Shown here one piece after another: positions 18,768 through 28,550 of a stretch of 52,700 nt of DNA. The stretch is from an uncultured Coriobacteriaceae bacterium (GTDB taxonomy: Bacteria; Actinomycetota; Coriobacteriia; Coriobacteriales; QAMH01). A program made the translations under genes and the position numbers. The stretch lies in the NCBI GenBank assembly GCA_964388185.1, contig CAYLYJ010000003.1, forward strand, positions 1 through 52,700, written 5' to 3'. Position 1 is the stretch's first letter. The number at the start of each line of letters is the position of its first letter. The notes under the pieces are model-generated. The model saw only the letters and a list, made by a program, of their open reading frames with translations. It searched no databases and was not told the origin of the DNA.

Positions 18768-19769
18768 TTACTCTCCTTCGAGCATGCGATAGGTAGGACG
18801 CGTGGGAACACGAACGTTGATGTAGGAGATCTTGCCCTCGTATTCGTCGAGAAGGGAGTTGATAACCGCCTCCTTGACCTCAATGTCGCTCGAGTCACCG
18901 AAGGCGACCGTCACACCGTCTTCAAGATTAAGCGAAGTCTTGATGGAGGACTCGGCCGAGATGCTCACGATGCGCGAACGCAAATCGTCACTGATGGAAT
19001 TGAGAATATCGAGCGCATTGTTGATACCGCCATCCGTGCAGATACTGCCGGAGATAGGTGCCGGCATCGAGGGCGATACGTCGATGATCTTCATCGCGTT
19101 TTCCCAGTCATCGGTCGTGGCAGCGGAAAGCCAGGCACCATCGGTCGAAATGACCCAGTTCGACTTATCGTTGATCTTGGCCACGGCGCCCGGCTCGCGC
19201 TCCTTGATGTCAATCACGATGGTGTCGGGAAAGACGCGATGTATGGAAGCCTCCTGCACCCAAGCGTTATCCTCGAGACGCTCCTTGATACCCTTTGAGT
19301 CCAGACGCAGCAGCGTCGAATCGTCCGAGACGGCCGCGATGCTCGTAATCTCCTGGCTCGTGAGATGTGCTGATCCGTTAACCTGCACGTTATTGACGTG
19401 AAACAGATCCGATCGATAGATGAAGATGCCTCCGAAGATGATAAGCAGTATGGCAGCGATGACGATGGCGATGCGGGCGATATAGCGCAAGTACTGCCAT
19501 CGCTGGCGCTTGGCGCGTTGTTCGGCGCGAATGTCACCGGCACGCCTGCCCTTTTCCGCCACTTGCCTGCGGGATTCGCGCGCCTGCTTCTGGGCGTTTT
19601 CGGATGATTGACGTGCCTTGTTGGTGCGCTGGACACGCGCAAAGCCCTTGTTCTGACGCGCCTTGACAGAAGAGCGTCTTGCCCGCGAATTTGCGCCCGT
19701 ATTCTGCTTTCTGCCCCGTCTAGAACGGGAATCCGAGGAACTTGACCTCGGGCGAGAGCCTGATGCCAT
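18768..19769 (-). CDS. ftsQ: Cell division protein FtsQ/DivIB
   Basis: Basic cytoplasmic N-terminus, one TM, POTRA domain (FHVNNVQVNG...FPDTIVIDIKER) and C-terminal YINVRVP. Confidence 0.9.
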   Translation of the reverse strand: MASGSRPRSSSSDSRSRRGRKQNTGANSRARRSSVKARQNKGFARVQRTNKARQSSENAQKQARESRRQVAEKGRRAGDIRAEQRAKRQRWQYLRYIARIAIVIAAILLIIFGGIFIYRSDLFHVNNVQVNGSAHLTSQEITSIAAVSDDSTLLRLDSKGIKERLEDNAWVQEASIHRVFPDTIVIDIKEREPGAVAKINDKSNWVISTDGAWLSAATTDDWENAMKIIDVSPSMPAPISGSICTDGGINNALDILNSISDDLRSRIVSISAESSIKTSLNLEDGVTVAFGDSSDIEVKEAVINSLLDEYEGKISYINVRVPTRPTYRMLEGE

Positions 19770-20673
19770 AACACTCCTTCACGCGATCACGCACAAGGCG
19801 CATGAGCGCGAGAACATCATCGGCACATGCCGATCCGTCGTTCACGATGAAGTTCGAATGCAGAGTCGAGATATGCGCATCGCCGCATGACGCGCCTGCA
19901 AGACCGCAGGAACGTATAAGCTCACCGGCAGATTTACCTTCAGGGTTCTTGAACACGCTTCCGCAACTATAGGAGGAAAGCGGCTGACGCTCGGAGCGCG
20001 CATCGAGAAGGTCCTGCATCGTCTCGGCAATTTTGCCCTTGTTCGAGACCTTGAGAACAAGGGTTACCTCGACGATAATTTCGTCTGCATCGAGATTGCT
20101 CGAACGGTATTGCCAGTCAATCTCGTCGCCGTAGATGATATGCAATCCTGTGCCGGGCTTATATGCCGTGACGTGCGCGACACGCGAACCAATCCAATCA
20201 TCGCCCGTGCCGGCGTTCATGAAGATGGCACCACCGACAGAGCCGGGAATGCCCGCCATGGCCTCAAGACCCGATAGCCCGTAGCCATAGGCCCGCTGCA
20301 CAAGGCGTGCGAGGGGAACGCCCGCGCCAGCTGTCACGTGTAGCTTATGCGCAAGCGCGAGCTCGGCGATTTCCTGCTCGTCAAGCCCGCCGAAATCCAC
20401 GCGGGCAAACTCGCCCGTGAGCACAATCACAGCGCCATCGTAGCCGCCATCGCTGACAAGCAGGTTGCTCCCCTTGCCGACGATGGTCCACGCGACGCCC
20501 TCTTCGGCGAGCACCTCAAGCGTCAACGCAAGATCGGCGACGGAAGCACACTCGACGAAGAGCGCAGCCGGTCCTCCGATGTGATAGGTCGTATGACGCG
20601 ACATGACCTCATCGCACTTGATGGAGCCGCGCAGAGTGCCCTCCAGGCGGATGTATGCGTCAAAGGTGCTCAA
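19720..20673 (-). CDS. murB: UDP-N-acetylenolpyruvoylglucosamine reductase
   Basis: HTTYHIGG, GKGSNLL, GIPGSVGG..MNAG, GSVFKNP, HSNFIVN and LSPEV. Confidence 0.96.
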   Translation of the reverse strand: MSTFDAYIRLEGTLRGSIKCDEVMSRHTTYHIGGPAALFVECASVADLALTLEVLAEEGVAWTIVGKGSNLLVSDGGYDGAVIVLTGEFARVDFGGLDEQEIAELALAHKLHVTAGAGVPLARLVQRAYGYGLSGLEAMAGIPGSVGGAIFMNAGTGDDWIGSRVAHVTAYKPGTGLHIIYGDEIDWQYRSSNLDADEIIVEVTLVLKVSNKGKIAETMQDLLDARSERQPLSSYSCGSVFKNPEGKSAGELIRSCGLAGASCGDAHISTLHSNFIVNDGSACADDVLALMRLVRDRVKECYGIRLSPEVKFLGFPF

Positions 20674-20682
20674 GAAGCAATC

Positions 20683-22071
20683 CTACTCCCCGGCCAGAGC
20701 CTGCGTGAGCAACGGTGCCATCGTCGTCACGTCACCAGCGCCCATGGTGATGATGAGATCGCCCGGCATCAGCTTATGCTGCAGGAAGGGAATAATCTCG
20801 GGGCGATGTGGCAGCCATGCGACCTGTTGACGCGGATTGTGGCGCAAGATGGAATCGATGACTGTCTTTCCGTTGACGCCCGGTATGGGCATCTCGCCAG
20901 CTGGATACACGTCCATGACAATGACGGAATCAGCATCGTCGAACGCCGGACCGAATTCGCGTGCAAGCGACTCGGTGCGCGAATAGCGATGCGGCTGAAA
21001 CAGCACGTGCACGTGCTTGAAGTCGAGCTTGGACGCAGCTCGTATCGTGGCCTGTATCTCGGTGGGATGATGTGCGTAGTCATCGACAACCGTGACACCA
21101 TCAGCCTCGCCCACAAGGTCGAAACGCCGGCGCACGCCGCTGAAGGTCGAGAGCGCCCGGGCGGCTGCAGCGACATCGAGCCCGCAGGCCCATACCACAC
21201 CGAGCACGCCCGTTGCGTTGAGGACGTTATGACGTCCCGGGTTCTTGGTGATCTCGGTCTCGACGCTCGTGCCATCGGGAAAACTCACGGTAAAGGCATA
21301 GCCAAGACCACGCCTACCGGTAACCTCGAAGCATACGTCACAGTCCGCGCTTCCCTTCTCGCCATAGACGACGGTGCGCTTGCCGACCTCACGCGCAATC
21401 TGCGCAAGGCGCGGGTTATCCGCGCAGACGACGGCTGCACCCTCATCGGGTAACAAAGCCAGAAAGTCGGCAAACGCCTCGTAAATCGCCTCAAGGCTGC
21501 CGTAATGGTCAAGATGGTCGGGTTCGATGTTGGTGACGAGCGCAACATAAGGCGAGAGGTGTACGAATGAACCATCGGACTCGTCAGCTTCGACGATATA
21601 GTACTCACCCGTTCCGCTCTTGGCGTTCGTGTCATAACCGTCAACCGTGCCGCCGATGACGAAGCTCGGATCGAGTCCCATGCGGTCAATCGTGGTCGCC
21701 AACATCGAGGAGCTGGTCGTCTTGCCATGCGTACCGGCGCAGGCGAGCGTCTTTCTTCCCTCGCCAAGCGAGGCGAGCGCCTGGGAACGATGCCAGACGG
21801 GAATGCCGCGACGACGCGCCTCGGCGAGCTCGGGGTTTTTCTCGGGAATGGCGCTCGATATGACAACCGCATCAAGATCATCGGCAAGATTTGCCGCATC
21901 GTGCCCGATCATGACATCGACACCAGCATCAACAAGACGCTTGGTGGCACGCGACTCCTTCATGTCCGAGCCGCTAACTGCCACGCCGCGTGACTTCGCG
22001 ACGAGCGCGATGCCCGACATGCCGACGCCGCCGATGCCAATGAAATGTATCTTGCTAGGTTTATCTACCAT
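20683..22071 (-). CDS. murC: UDP-N-acetylmuramate--L-alanine ligase
   Basis: HFIGIGGVGMSG, GTHGKTT, EADESD, DDYAHHPTE and FQPHRYSRT. Confidence 0.97.
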   Translation of the reverse strand: MVDKPSKIHFIGIGGVGMSGIALVAKSRGVAVSGSDMKESRATKRLVDAGVDVMIGHDAANLADDLDAVVISSAIPEKNPELAEARRRGIPVWHRSQALASLGEGRKTLACAGTHGKTTSSSMLATTIDRMGLDPSFVIGGTVDGYDTNAKSGTGEYYIVEADESDGSFVHLSPYVALVTNIEPDHLDHYGSLEAIYEAFADFLALLPDEGAAVVCADNPRLAQIAREVGKRTVVYGEKGSADCDVCFEVTGRRGLGYAFTVSFPDGTSVETEITKNPGRHNVLNATGVLGVVWACGLDVAAAARALSTFSGVRRRFDLVGEADGVTVVDDYAHHPTEIQATIRAASKLDFKHVHVLFQPHRYSRTESLAREFGPAFDDADSVIVMDVYPAGEMPIPGVNGKTVIDSILRHNPRQQVAWLPHRPEIIPFLQHKLMPGDLIITMGAGDVTTMAPLLTQALAGE

Positions 22072-23170
22072 TGTTTCCCCGTGCACGTTGTTCGACTATA
22101 TCGGCTAGCCGCACGCGCGCGTCCGAGCCGGAAAGCTTCTTGCAGGCCTCAGCCATGGTATCACGACATGCCGCATCATCGAGAAGCTTGATAACCAAAT
22201 CAGAAAACTCCGCTGTCTCGACATCGGCGTCGCTCACGAGTCGTGCCGCACCTACCGCAACGCACGACCTCGCATTGAGCGTCTGGTGATCGCCGCGCGC
22301 GTACGGATATGGAATGAGCACCGAAGGTACGCCAACCGTCATGATCTCGGCAACCGATGAAGCTCCGGCCCTGCTGATGACCAGATCGCTCGCGGCGAGT
22401 ACCTCGTTCATCGAATCGATGTACGATGAAACGCGCCAGCGCTTCCGTTCCTCGTCACTGAGCTCAAGCTGCTCGAGCACACGCTCGTAATCGCCTTCGC
22501 CCGTCGATTGGATGACGACGAGGCCGTCAATGGCAAGCAGACTCTCTTTCATGTCGCATATCGCCTGGTTCACATGCCGAGCACCGAGACTTCCTCCCAT
22601 GACGAGCAAGACGAGCGCATCATCGGGGATGTCGAGCGAGGAGCGCGCCTCCGCACGTGAACATGTCTCGAACGATGCGCGCACGGGATTACCGATAATG
22701 ACCGGCTCGCACGGACCTTCGAGACCTTTGGCGCTTTCGGCATAGGTGAGCGCGATGGCCGTGGCATGCTTGGCAAGGTATACGTTAGCCATGCCAGGCA
22801 CCGAGTTCTGCTCGTGGATGATGAGAGGAATGCCCATCTCGAAGGCAGCTCTGCCGACCGGTATGGACACGTAGGCACCAAAGGTGACGACGGCGTCAGG
22901 GCGCTTGGACTTGAAGAGCTTCTTGGCAGCACGGGTGGCCTTGAGTAGCTTGGCGCCCGAGCTTACAAGCGTGAGGGGATGCGCCTTGTCAAAACCGCTA
23001 ACCGCGAAACCTACGAATTCGAAGCCTTCCTGGGTAGCGAGCCGCGACTCGATGTGGTCGGGCGTGCCGACGAAAAGGATCTCGTGGCCGCGTCGACGAA
23101 GCTCATCGGCTACCGCAAGCGCCGGATTGATGTGACCGGCGGTACCGCCAGCTGAAATGACGAAATACAC
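22061..23170 (-). CDS. murG: Lipid II GlcNAc transferase MurG
   Basis: GGTAGHINP, HEQN, GNPVR, GGSLGA, RAGAS and HQ..NA. Confidence 0.97.
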   Translation of the reverse strand: MYFVISAGGTAGHINPALAVADELRRRGHEILFVGTPDHIESRLATQEGFEFVGFAVSGFDKAHPLTLVSSGAKLLKATRAAKKLFKSKRPDAVVTFGAYVSIPVGRAAFEMGIPLIIHEQNSVPGMANVYLAKHATAIALTYAESAKGLEGPCEPVIIGNPVRASFETCSRAEARSSLDIPDDALVLLVMGGSLGARHVNQAICDMKESLLAIDGLVVIQSTGEGDYERVLEQLELSDEERKRWRVSSYIDSMNEVLAASDLVISRAGASSVAEIMTVGVPSVLIPYPYARGDHQTLNARSCVAVGAARLVSDADVETAEFSDLVIKLLDDAACRDTMAEACKKLSGSDARVRLADIVEQRARGNNGR

Positions 23171-23245
23171 GGCATACCCCTTTCAGACGTTTCGAGCAGT
23201 GTACCCCATAACGCCGCATGCAACAGTACGAGGCATCGGTGCGGA

Positions 23246-24712
23246 CTAGCGTCTGAAGGCAGAGCCACGCTTGCTCCTGAGCGTCGCATAGCCACCTTGA
23301 CGAATTTGCGAAGACAATGCCGCGCTTGCGTATTGGGTTTCTGTGACCGGGCGAGCCGACGTCTTTCTTGACGCCACCGGACGCGCAGGCGGCGAGACCG
23401 CAGCATGCTCGCGTGCGAGGCCATGCAGTGAGATTACGTTGCCGCGCGGCGGGTGCTTGGGCGTCTCATCGGCACGCGTATCTTTTTTGCCGTCGATGAC
23501 GACGAAATTATCACGCTTGCGCTCGTAGCTCATACCGACCTTGGAGCGAAACGACACGGACAAGACAATGCCAATCATGATCATCGTGGCGAGCATCGAC
23601 GAGCCACCATAGCTGATGAGCGGCAACGCCTTACCGGTCACAGGTGCGATACCCGTCACGCAGGCCATGTTCACGCATGCCTGGAAACCAATCATGACCG
23701 TGAAGGAACCTGCGAGCATGCAGCCAAGCATATCCGGAGCATTGCGGCAGATGCGCATACCGGCAAAGACGAAGAGACCGAAGAGCACCACTACGAAGAC
23801 GGCACCGATGAGACCAAGCTCCTCGCCGACGATGGCGTAAATGAAATCGGTATGTGCATAGGGCAGGTAGAGATACTTTTGACGCGATAGGCCAAGGCCC
23901 GTGCCAAAAATGCCACCGCTGCCGAAGGCGTAGAGCGACTGAATCGCCTGATAGCCGTCACCTTGTGGATCAACCCACGGATCGAGCATGGAGACAATGC
24001 GGTCGAGGTGATAGGGCTGCGTGATGCAGGCCACAACGATATAGGCAATGACGACACCGAGAATCAGGCCGACAATCTTCCACGATATGCCCGCAAGCAA
24101 GGCAAGTGCGATAAGACCGACAGCCAAGATGATAGCCGTGCCCAGGTCGGGTTGGCGATAAATCAAGATAAGGGGAATGATGGTCGCCACGAGAATGATG
24201 ACGATGAAGCGACGTCCGTCAATCATGCCATTCATGCGCATCTGAACGATGGAAGCAACGGCAATGAGCACGGTGATCTTCGCGAACTCGGCTGGCTGCA
24301 GGTTGAAACCGGCGATAACGATGGAGCGCTCGGCGCCCAGCGCGGTGATGCCCATGCCGAATGCCGTGAGCGAAAGCATGGCAACGGATATCGCCCAGAA
24401 GGTGATGAAAACCGCCGGCAGACTCCAAACCGAATAGGGTATGCGCGAGCAAATGATGCAAAGCACGAGGCCGATGGCGAGAAAGGCCGCCTGGCGTTTG
24501 ACGTAGTACGCGGCATCTCCGAACTCGTTGTAGGCCGTGATCGAAGAAGCCGAGTAGACCATGACCAGGCCGAGTATGCACAGCGCAACCACGCTCAAGA
24601 TGAAAAGCAGGCGCGGCGTCATGATCGCAGCCGGCTCCGAGAGCAGACGCGAGGAGCTAGCCTTGGCCTGGGACTTGGGAGCCGGATTCGATGTCGTCTG
24701 CCTGCGTGCCAT
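23246..24712 (-). CDS. ftsW: SEDS peptidoglycan glycosyltransferase FtsW
   Basis: VYSAS, QPAEFAK, QPDLGT, HTDFI..IVGEELG and PLISYGGSS; long C-terminal tail. Confidence 0.96.
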   Translation of the reverse strand: MARRQTTSNPAPKSQAKASSSRLLSEPAAIMTPRLLFILSVVALCILGLVMVYSASSITAYNEFGDAAYYVKRQAAFLAIGLVLCIICSRIPYSVWSLPAVFITFWAISVAMLSLTAFGMGITALGAERSIVIAGFNLQPAEFAKITVLIAVASIVQMRMNGMIDGRRFIVIILVATIIPLILIYRQPDLGTAIILAVGLIALALLAGISWKIVGLILGVVIAYIVVACITQPYHLDRIVSMLDPWVDPQGDGYQAIQSLYAFGSGGIFGTGLGLSRQKYLYLPYAHTDFIYAIVGEELGLIGAVFVVVLFGLFVFAGMRICRNAPDMLGCMLAGSFTVMIGFQACVNMACVTGIAPVTGKALPLISYGGSSMLATMIMIGIVLSVSFRSKVGMSYERKRDNFVVIDGKKDTRADETPKHPPRGNVISLHGLAREHAAVSPPARPVASRKTSARPVTETQYASAALSSQIRQGGYATLRSKRGSAFRR

Positions 24713-24718
24713 GACAAG

Positions 24719-26077
24719 CTACGCTCGCATTCTGAGCGCTATGCATTCCTTGAAGACCTGGCCACGGTGCTCGAACGAATCGAACTCGTCGAAGGAAGCG
24801 CAAGCGGGTGACAAGACGATGGCCTCGCCGGACTGAGCGATATCGCAAGCGCGATCAAGCGCCTCGGCCATACCTGGTTCAAGATAGCGCGCGGTGGGAC
24901 TCGCGGCAAAGGCGTCATAGAAACGCTGACCAGCCTCGCCATACGCGACAATGGCACTGCAGGTTCGCGCGCATGCCGTGACGAGCTCGTCAAGCTCGGT
25001 GCCCTTGTCACGACCGCCGAGCAAGAGCACGACCTTGCGATCGGGAAATGCAGTGAGCGCCTTGAGCGTTGCGTCGACGTTGGTCGCCTTGGAGTCGTTG
25101 AAGAAATCGACGCCGTCAATCGTACCGCAGGGCTCGAGACGATGCTCGAGCGGCTTGAAGCTCACGAGGCCTTCGCGAATGCACGCAGGCTCGCATCCAC
25201 ACGCGAACGCGGCACTTGCGGAGCAAAGGGCGTTTTCGATGTTATGGGCACCTTTGATCGCAAGCTCGTCTGCCTGCGCAAGCTCGATGCACCTCCCCTG
25301 CCCGTCCTTGATGACGAGCGTGCCGTCATCATCCGCGAAAGCGCAGGAAGCCTCGCGCTCGGAGCCGACGGACACGAGTTTGACGCCATGCTCGTCCAGC
25401 AGCGCGTGAAGCTCGGGGTAGGCCCCGATAACAGCATCGGTGATGACGGCCGTCGAGTCGGCAGACATGTTCGCGAAGACTTTGAACTTCGCCCGCGCAT
25501 AGGCGTCAAAGCTGCCATGCCAGGCGATGTGATCAGGCGTGATGTTAAGCAAGATAGCGACCTGCGGGGCAAAATCCACGGTGGAGGCCAACTGGTAGGA
25601 CGACATCTCGGCAACGAGCGTCTCGCCGTCGCCTCGATTCGTGACGGCCTCAACGCAAGTCGCACCAATATTTCCACACGCATGCGCGGGCTTGCCGCAG
25701 CAATTGAGCAAATGCGTCGTGAGCGAGGTGGTCGTCGTCTTGCCATTGGTGCCCGTCACGGCAATCCAAGCCTGCGGAGATATGCGCCATGCATATTCAG
25801 GCTCGCTGATGATCTCGTCACTCGCCTTCTTGGCGCTCCCGTAGAAGGAGCCGCTTTCGGGAATGCCAGGCGATACGATGCACGTGTCGAAATGGCCCTC
25901 GACATCCTCGACATCGAATATGACCTCGACGCCGGCCTGTTCGAACTCCCGCGCGGCCGTACGCGTCGCATCACTTGCCGCACCTGCATAGATGACAAGA
26001 TCGTCATCTGCCGCCAGCGCGTGACGTGCCGAAGCGATACCGCTTTTTCCGAGTCCGAGGACGAGGGTCAAAGGCAT
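24719..26077 (-). CDS. murD: UDP-N-acetylmuramoyl-L-alanine--D-glutamate ligase
   Basis: GLGKSG, SPGI, TGTNGKTT, EMSSYQL, NDSKATN and LSPACASFD. The start could alternatively be 26095. Confidence 0.96.
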   Translation of the reverse strand: MPLTLVLGLGKSGIASARHALAADDDLVIYAGAASDATRTAAREFEQAGVEVIFDVEDVEGHFDTCIVSPGIPESGSFYGSAKKASDEIISEPEYAWRISPQAWIAVTGTNGKTTTTSLTTHLLNCCGKPAHACGNIGATCVEAVTNRGDGETLVAEMSSYQLASTVDFAPQVAILLNITPDHIAWHGSFDAYARAKFKVFANMSADSTAVITDAVIGAYPELHALLDEHGVKLVSVGSEREASCAFADDDGTLVIKDGQGRCIELAQADELAIKGAHNIENALCSASAAFACGCEPACIREGLVSFKPLEHRLEPCGTIDGVDFFNDSKATNVDATLKALTAFPDRKVVLLLGGRDKGTELDELVTACARTCSAIVAYGEAGQRFYDAFAASPTARYLEPGMAEALDRACDIAQSGEAIVLSPACASFDEFDSFEHRGQVFKECIALRMRA

Positions 26078-26091
26078 GATGCTCACTCCCA

Positions 26092-27129
26092 TCACATCGA
26101 GCTAATGAAGTAGACGGCGAAGCCAACGCCAGCGCACAGACCGGTGATGATCCAGAAGCGAATGACAACCTTCGTTTCCGACCAGCCCTTCTTCTCGAAG
26201 TGGTGATGCAACGGCGCCATGAGAAAGACACGCTTGCGCGTGCGCTTGAAGTAGAGGACCTGAATCATGACGGACAGTGCCTCGACGACGAAGAGACCGC
26301 CGATGATGATGCTGAAAAGTTCGGTCTTGGTGATAACCGCAATGGCGGCAAACGCCGTGCCGAGAGCCAGTGAACCCGTATCTCCCATGAATATGCTCGC
26401 CGGGTAGCAGTTGAACCAGAGGAAGCCAACACAGGCACCGGCGGCAGCGGTCGCGAAGACGGCAACATCGAGCCGACCCGTGCGAAACGCGACGGCTGCC
26501 ATGATGAGCATGACGATCATGATGGCGCCGCCGGCAAGGCCATCAAGGCCATCGGTGAGGTTTACGGCATTGGCCATGCCGGCCATGAGCAAGAAGACGA
26601 AGGCTACGTAGAGCCAGGGAATCTCGAAGCCATCCCCAAAGGGCAGTACGGTCGTGAGCACGCCCAGATCGAGCCTGAACTGCGTGAAGGGAATGGCCAC
26701 GTAGGGCTCGATGTCCAGGTAGTTGACCGCGATAAGGCAAAACGCGACGGAGATGAGCGTGAGGGCAATCATCTTTTGATAGGGTAACAAGCCAAGGGAG
26801 CGCTCCTTGGCGACCTTGGAGATATCATCAATGAAGCCGAGTAGTCCCGTGAGCAACGTTGCGGCCAAGATGAGCAGCAATGGCGGATCAGGTGCACCCA
26901 CGAGAAAGATCGATGCTGTCATCATGAGCAGGATGACGATACCACCCATTGTCGGCGTGCCCTGCTTGACGAGATGACCTTGCGGTCCGTCCGCACGTAC
27001 CTGCTGGCCGATCTGACGAACCTTGAGCAACCTTATGAAAAACGGCATGACGATCATGGTCAGCGCCATCGAAATGATGAAGGCGAGGAAGACCTGATAC
27101 GTCGGGTATTGGCTAAATATGCTGATCAT
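26092..27129 (-). CDS. mraY: Phospho-N-acetylmuramoyl-pentapeptide transferase
   Basis: KQGTPTMGG, GFIDD, NAVNLTDGLDGL, FMGDTGS and MAPLHHHFE. Confidence 0.97.
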   Translation of the reverse strand: MISIFSQYPTYQVFLAFIISMALTMIVMPFFIRLLKVRQIGQQVRADGPQGHLVKQGTPTMGGIVILLMMTASIFLVGAPDPPLLLILAATLLTGLLGFIDDISKVAKERSLGLLPYQKMIALTLISVAFCLIAVNYLDIEPYVAIPFTQFRLDLGVLTTVLPFGDGFEIPWLYVAFVFLLMAGMANAVNLTDGLDGLAGGAIMIVMLIMAAVAFRTGRLDVAVFATAAAGACVGFLWFNCYPASIFMGDTGSLALGTAFAAIAVITKTELFSIIIGGLFVVEALSVMIQVLYFKRTRKRVFLMAPLHHHFEKKGWSETKVVIRFWIITGLCAGVGFAVYFISSM

Positions 27130-28547
27130 TCGTGCACTATCCCCTTGACTATGCGCTCCAACTCCATGAAACGCGATGCCTTCACAAGAACGATGTCACC
27201 TTCCTGAACGTACTTTTCGAGGAATTGCTGCGCCTCCTCAACGCCCGTAAGGCTCTTGACACGCGTTGCATCCATATCCGCCGCAAGCGCTCCTGACTTG
27301 ATGCCAACGCTGAGAGTTCCCACGCACACGAGCATATCAAGGTCTGCCTGTGCTGCAAAGGTTCCCACGTCAACATGCAACTGATACTCATCAGAACCAA
27401 GCTCACCCATGTCCCCGAGAACCGCGATACGCCTGCCAGTACCTTCAAGCGTCACAAGCGTGCTAATAGAGGCACGCATCGAATCTGGATTGGCATTGTA
27501 TGCGTCATTGATGACGGTCACACCATCAGGTGTGTGCATGATTTCCATACGCATGCCGCTTGCCTTGGCTTCGGCAAGACCACGTGCGATGTCGTCAGGT
27601 TCGATGCCCATGTTAAGGCCAGCCGTATAAGCGGCAAGGGCGTTGAAGATGTTGTGCTCACCGGGAATGGAAAGCGTGACGGCTACGGGATTGGCCGATC
27701 CCACAACCACTTCGAAGCCTGCGCAGGCCTCCGCATCGTAGCTTACGTTCGTCGCGCGCACCTCGGCATCGGGCGAAAAGCCGTAGCTATGTACCTTGAC
27801 GCCGCGCTCCTCGACCTGCGAGAAACTTTCGAGCAGCGGCGTGAACTCGTCATCAGCATTGAGCACGGCGAAACCCGTGTCGGGCAATGCTGACAGAAGC
27901 TCAGATTTGGCATGTGCGATGTTCTCGCGGCTACCGAGTAGCTCCATGTGACTCACGCCGACATTGGTCACGACGGCTATGCTCGGCTTGACGAAGGTGC
28001 ACAGGTGCTCGATCTGATGCATGCCGCGCATGCCGAGCTCGACGATGAGGACCTCGGTGTCCTCGTCAGCTGCCAGAATCGTTGCCGGAACGCCGATCTC
28101 GTTGTTCTGGTTGCCCTGCGTTGCCGCCGTTTTGAAGTGCTGCGAGAACACGGAGCGCAGGAAGTCCTTCGTCGAGGTCTTACCTGTGGAGCCCGTGACC
28201 CCGATGACGATTGCGTGTAGCTTGTCGCGCCAGAAACCCGCAATCTTCTCGAGAGCGTCGACGCCGTCATCAACGACGACCATCGGACAAGCGAACTCGC
28301 CAGCAACGGCGATGACGTTATCGGACGGCATGCGGGTGCAGACGATGACCCCGGCACCGCGCTGGATCGCGCCGCGAATGAAGTCATTGCCATCTACGCG
28401 CAAACCCGGCATGGCGAGAAAGGCGTTGTCGGGCATGATGGTACGCGAATCCCACGTAAGCCCGGAGACGATGCGACGCAGAGCCGACTCATCACCGATG
28501 AACTTGCCACCCGTGACCTTGGCAATATCAGAAACCGAGATTTCCAT
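27126..28547 (-). CDS. murF: UDP-MurNAc-tripeptide--D-Ala-D-Ala ligase
   Basis: DSR, TGSTGKTSTK, NNEIGVP, DAYNANPDSM, LGDMGELG and VKASR. Confidence 0.97.
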   Translation of the reverse strand: MEISVSDIAKVTGGKFIGDESALRRIVSGLTWDSRTIMPDNAFLAMPGLRVDGNDFIRGAIQRGAGVIVCTRMPSDNVIAVAGEFACPMVVVDDGVDALEKIAGFWRDKLHAIVIGVTGSTGKTSTKDFLRSVFSQHFKTAATQGNQNNEIGVPATILAADEDTEVLIVELGMRGMHQIEHLCTFVKPSIAVVTNVGVSHMELLGSRENIAHAKSELLSALPDTGFAVLNADDEFTPLLESFSQVEERGVKVHSYGFSPDAEVRATNVSYDAEACAGFEVVVGSANPVAVTLSIPGEHNIFNALAAYTAGLNMGIEPDDIARGLAEAKASGMRMEIMHTPDGVTVINDAYNANPDSMRASISTLVTLEGTGRRIAVLGDMGELGSDEYQLHVDVGTFAAQADLDMLVCVGTLSVGIKSGALAADMDATRVKSLTGVEEAQQFLEKYVQEGDIVLVKASRFMELERIVKGIVHE

Positions 28548-28550
28548 ATC

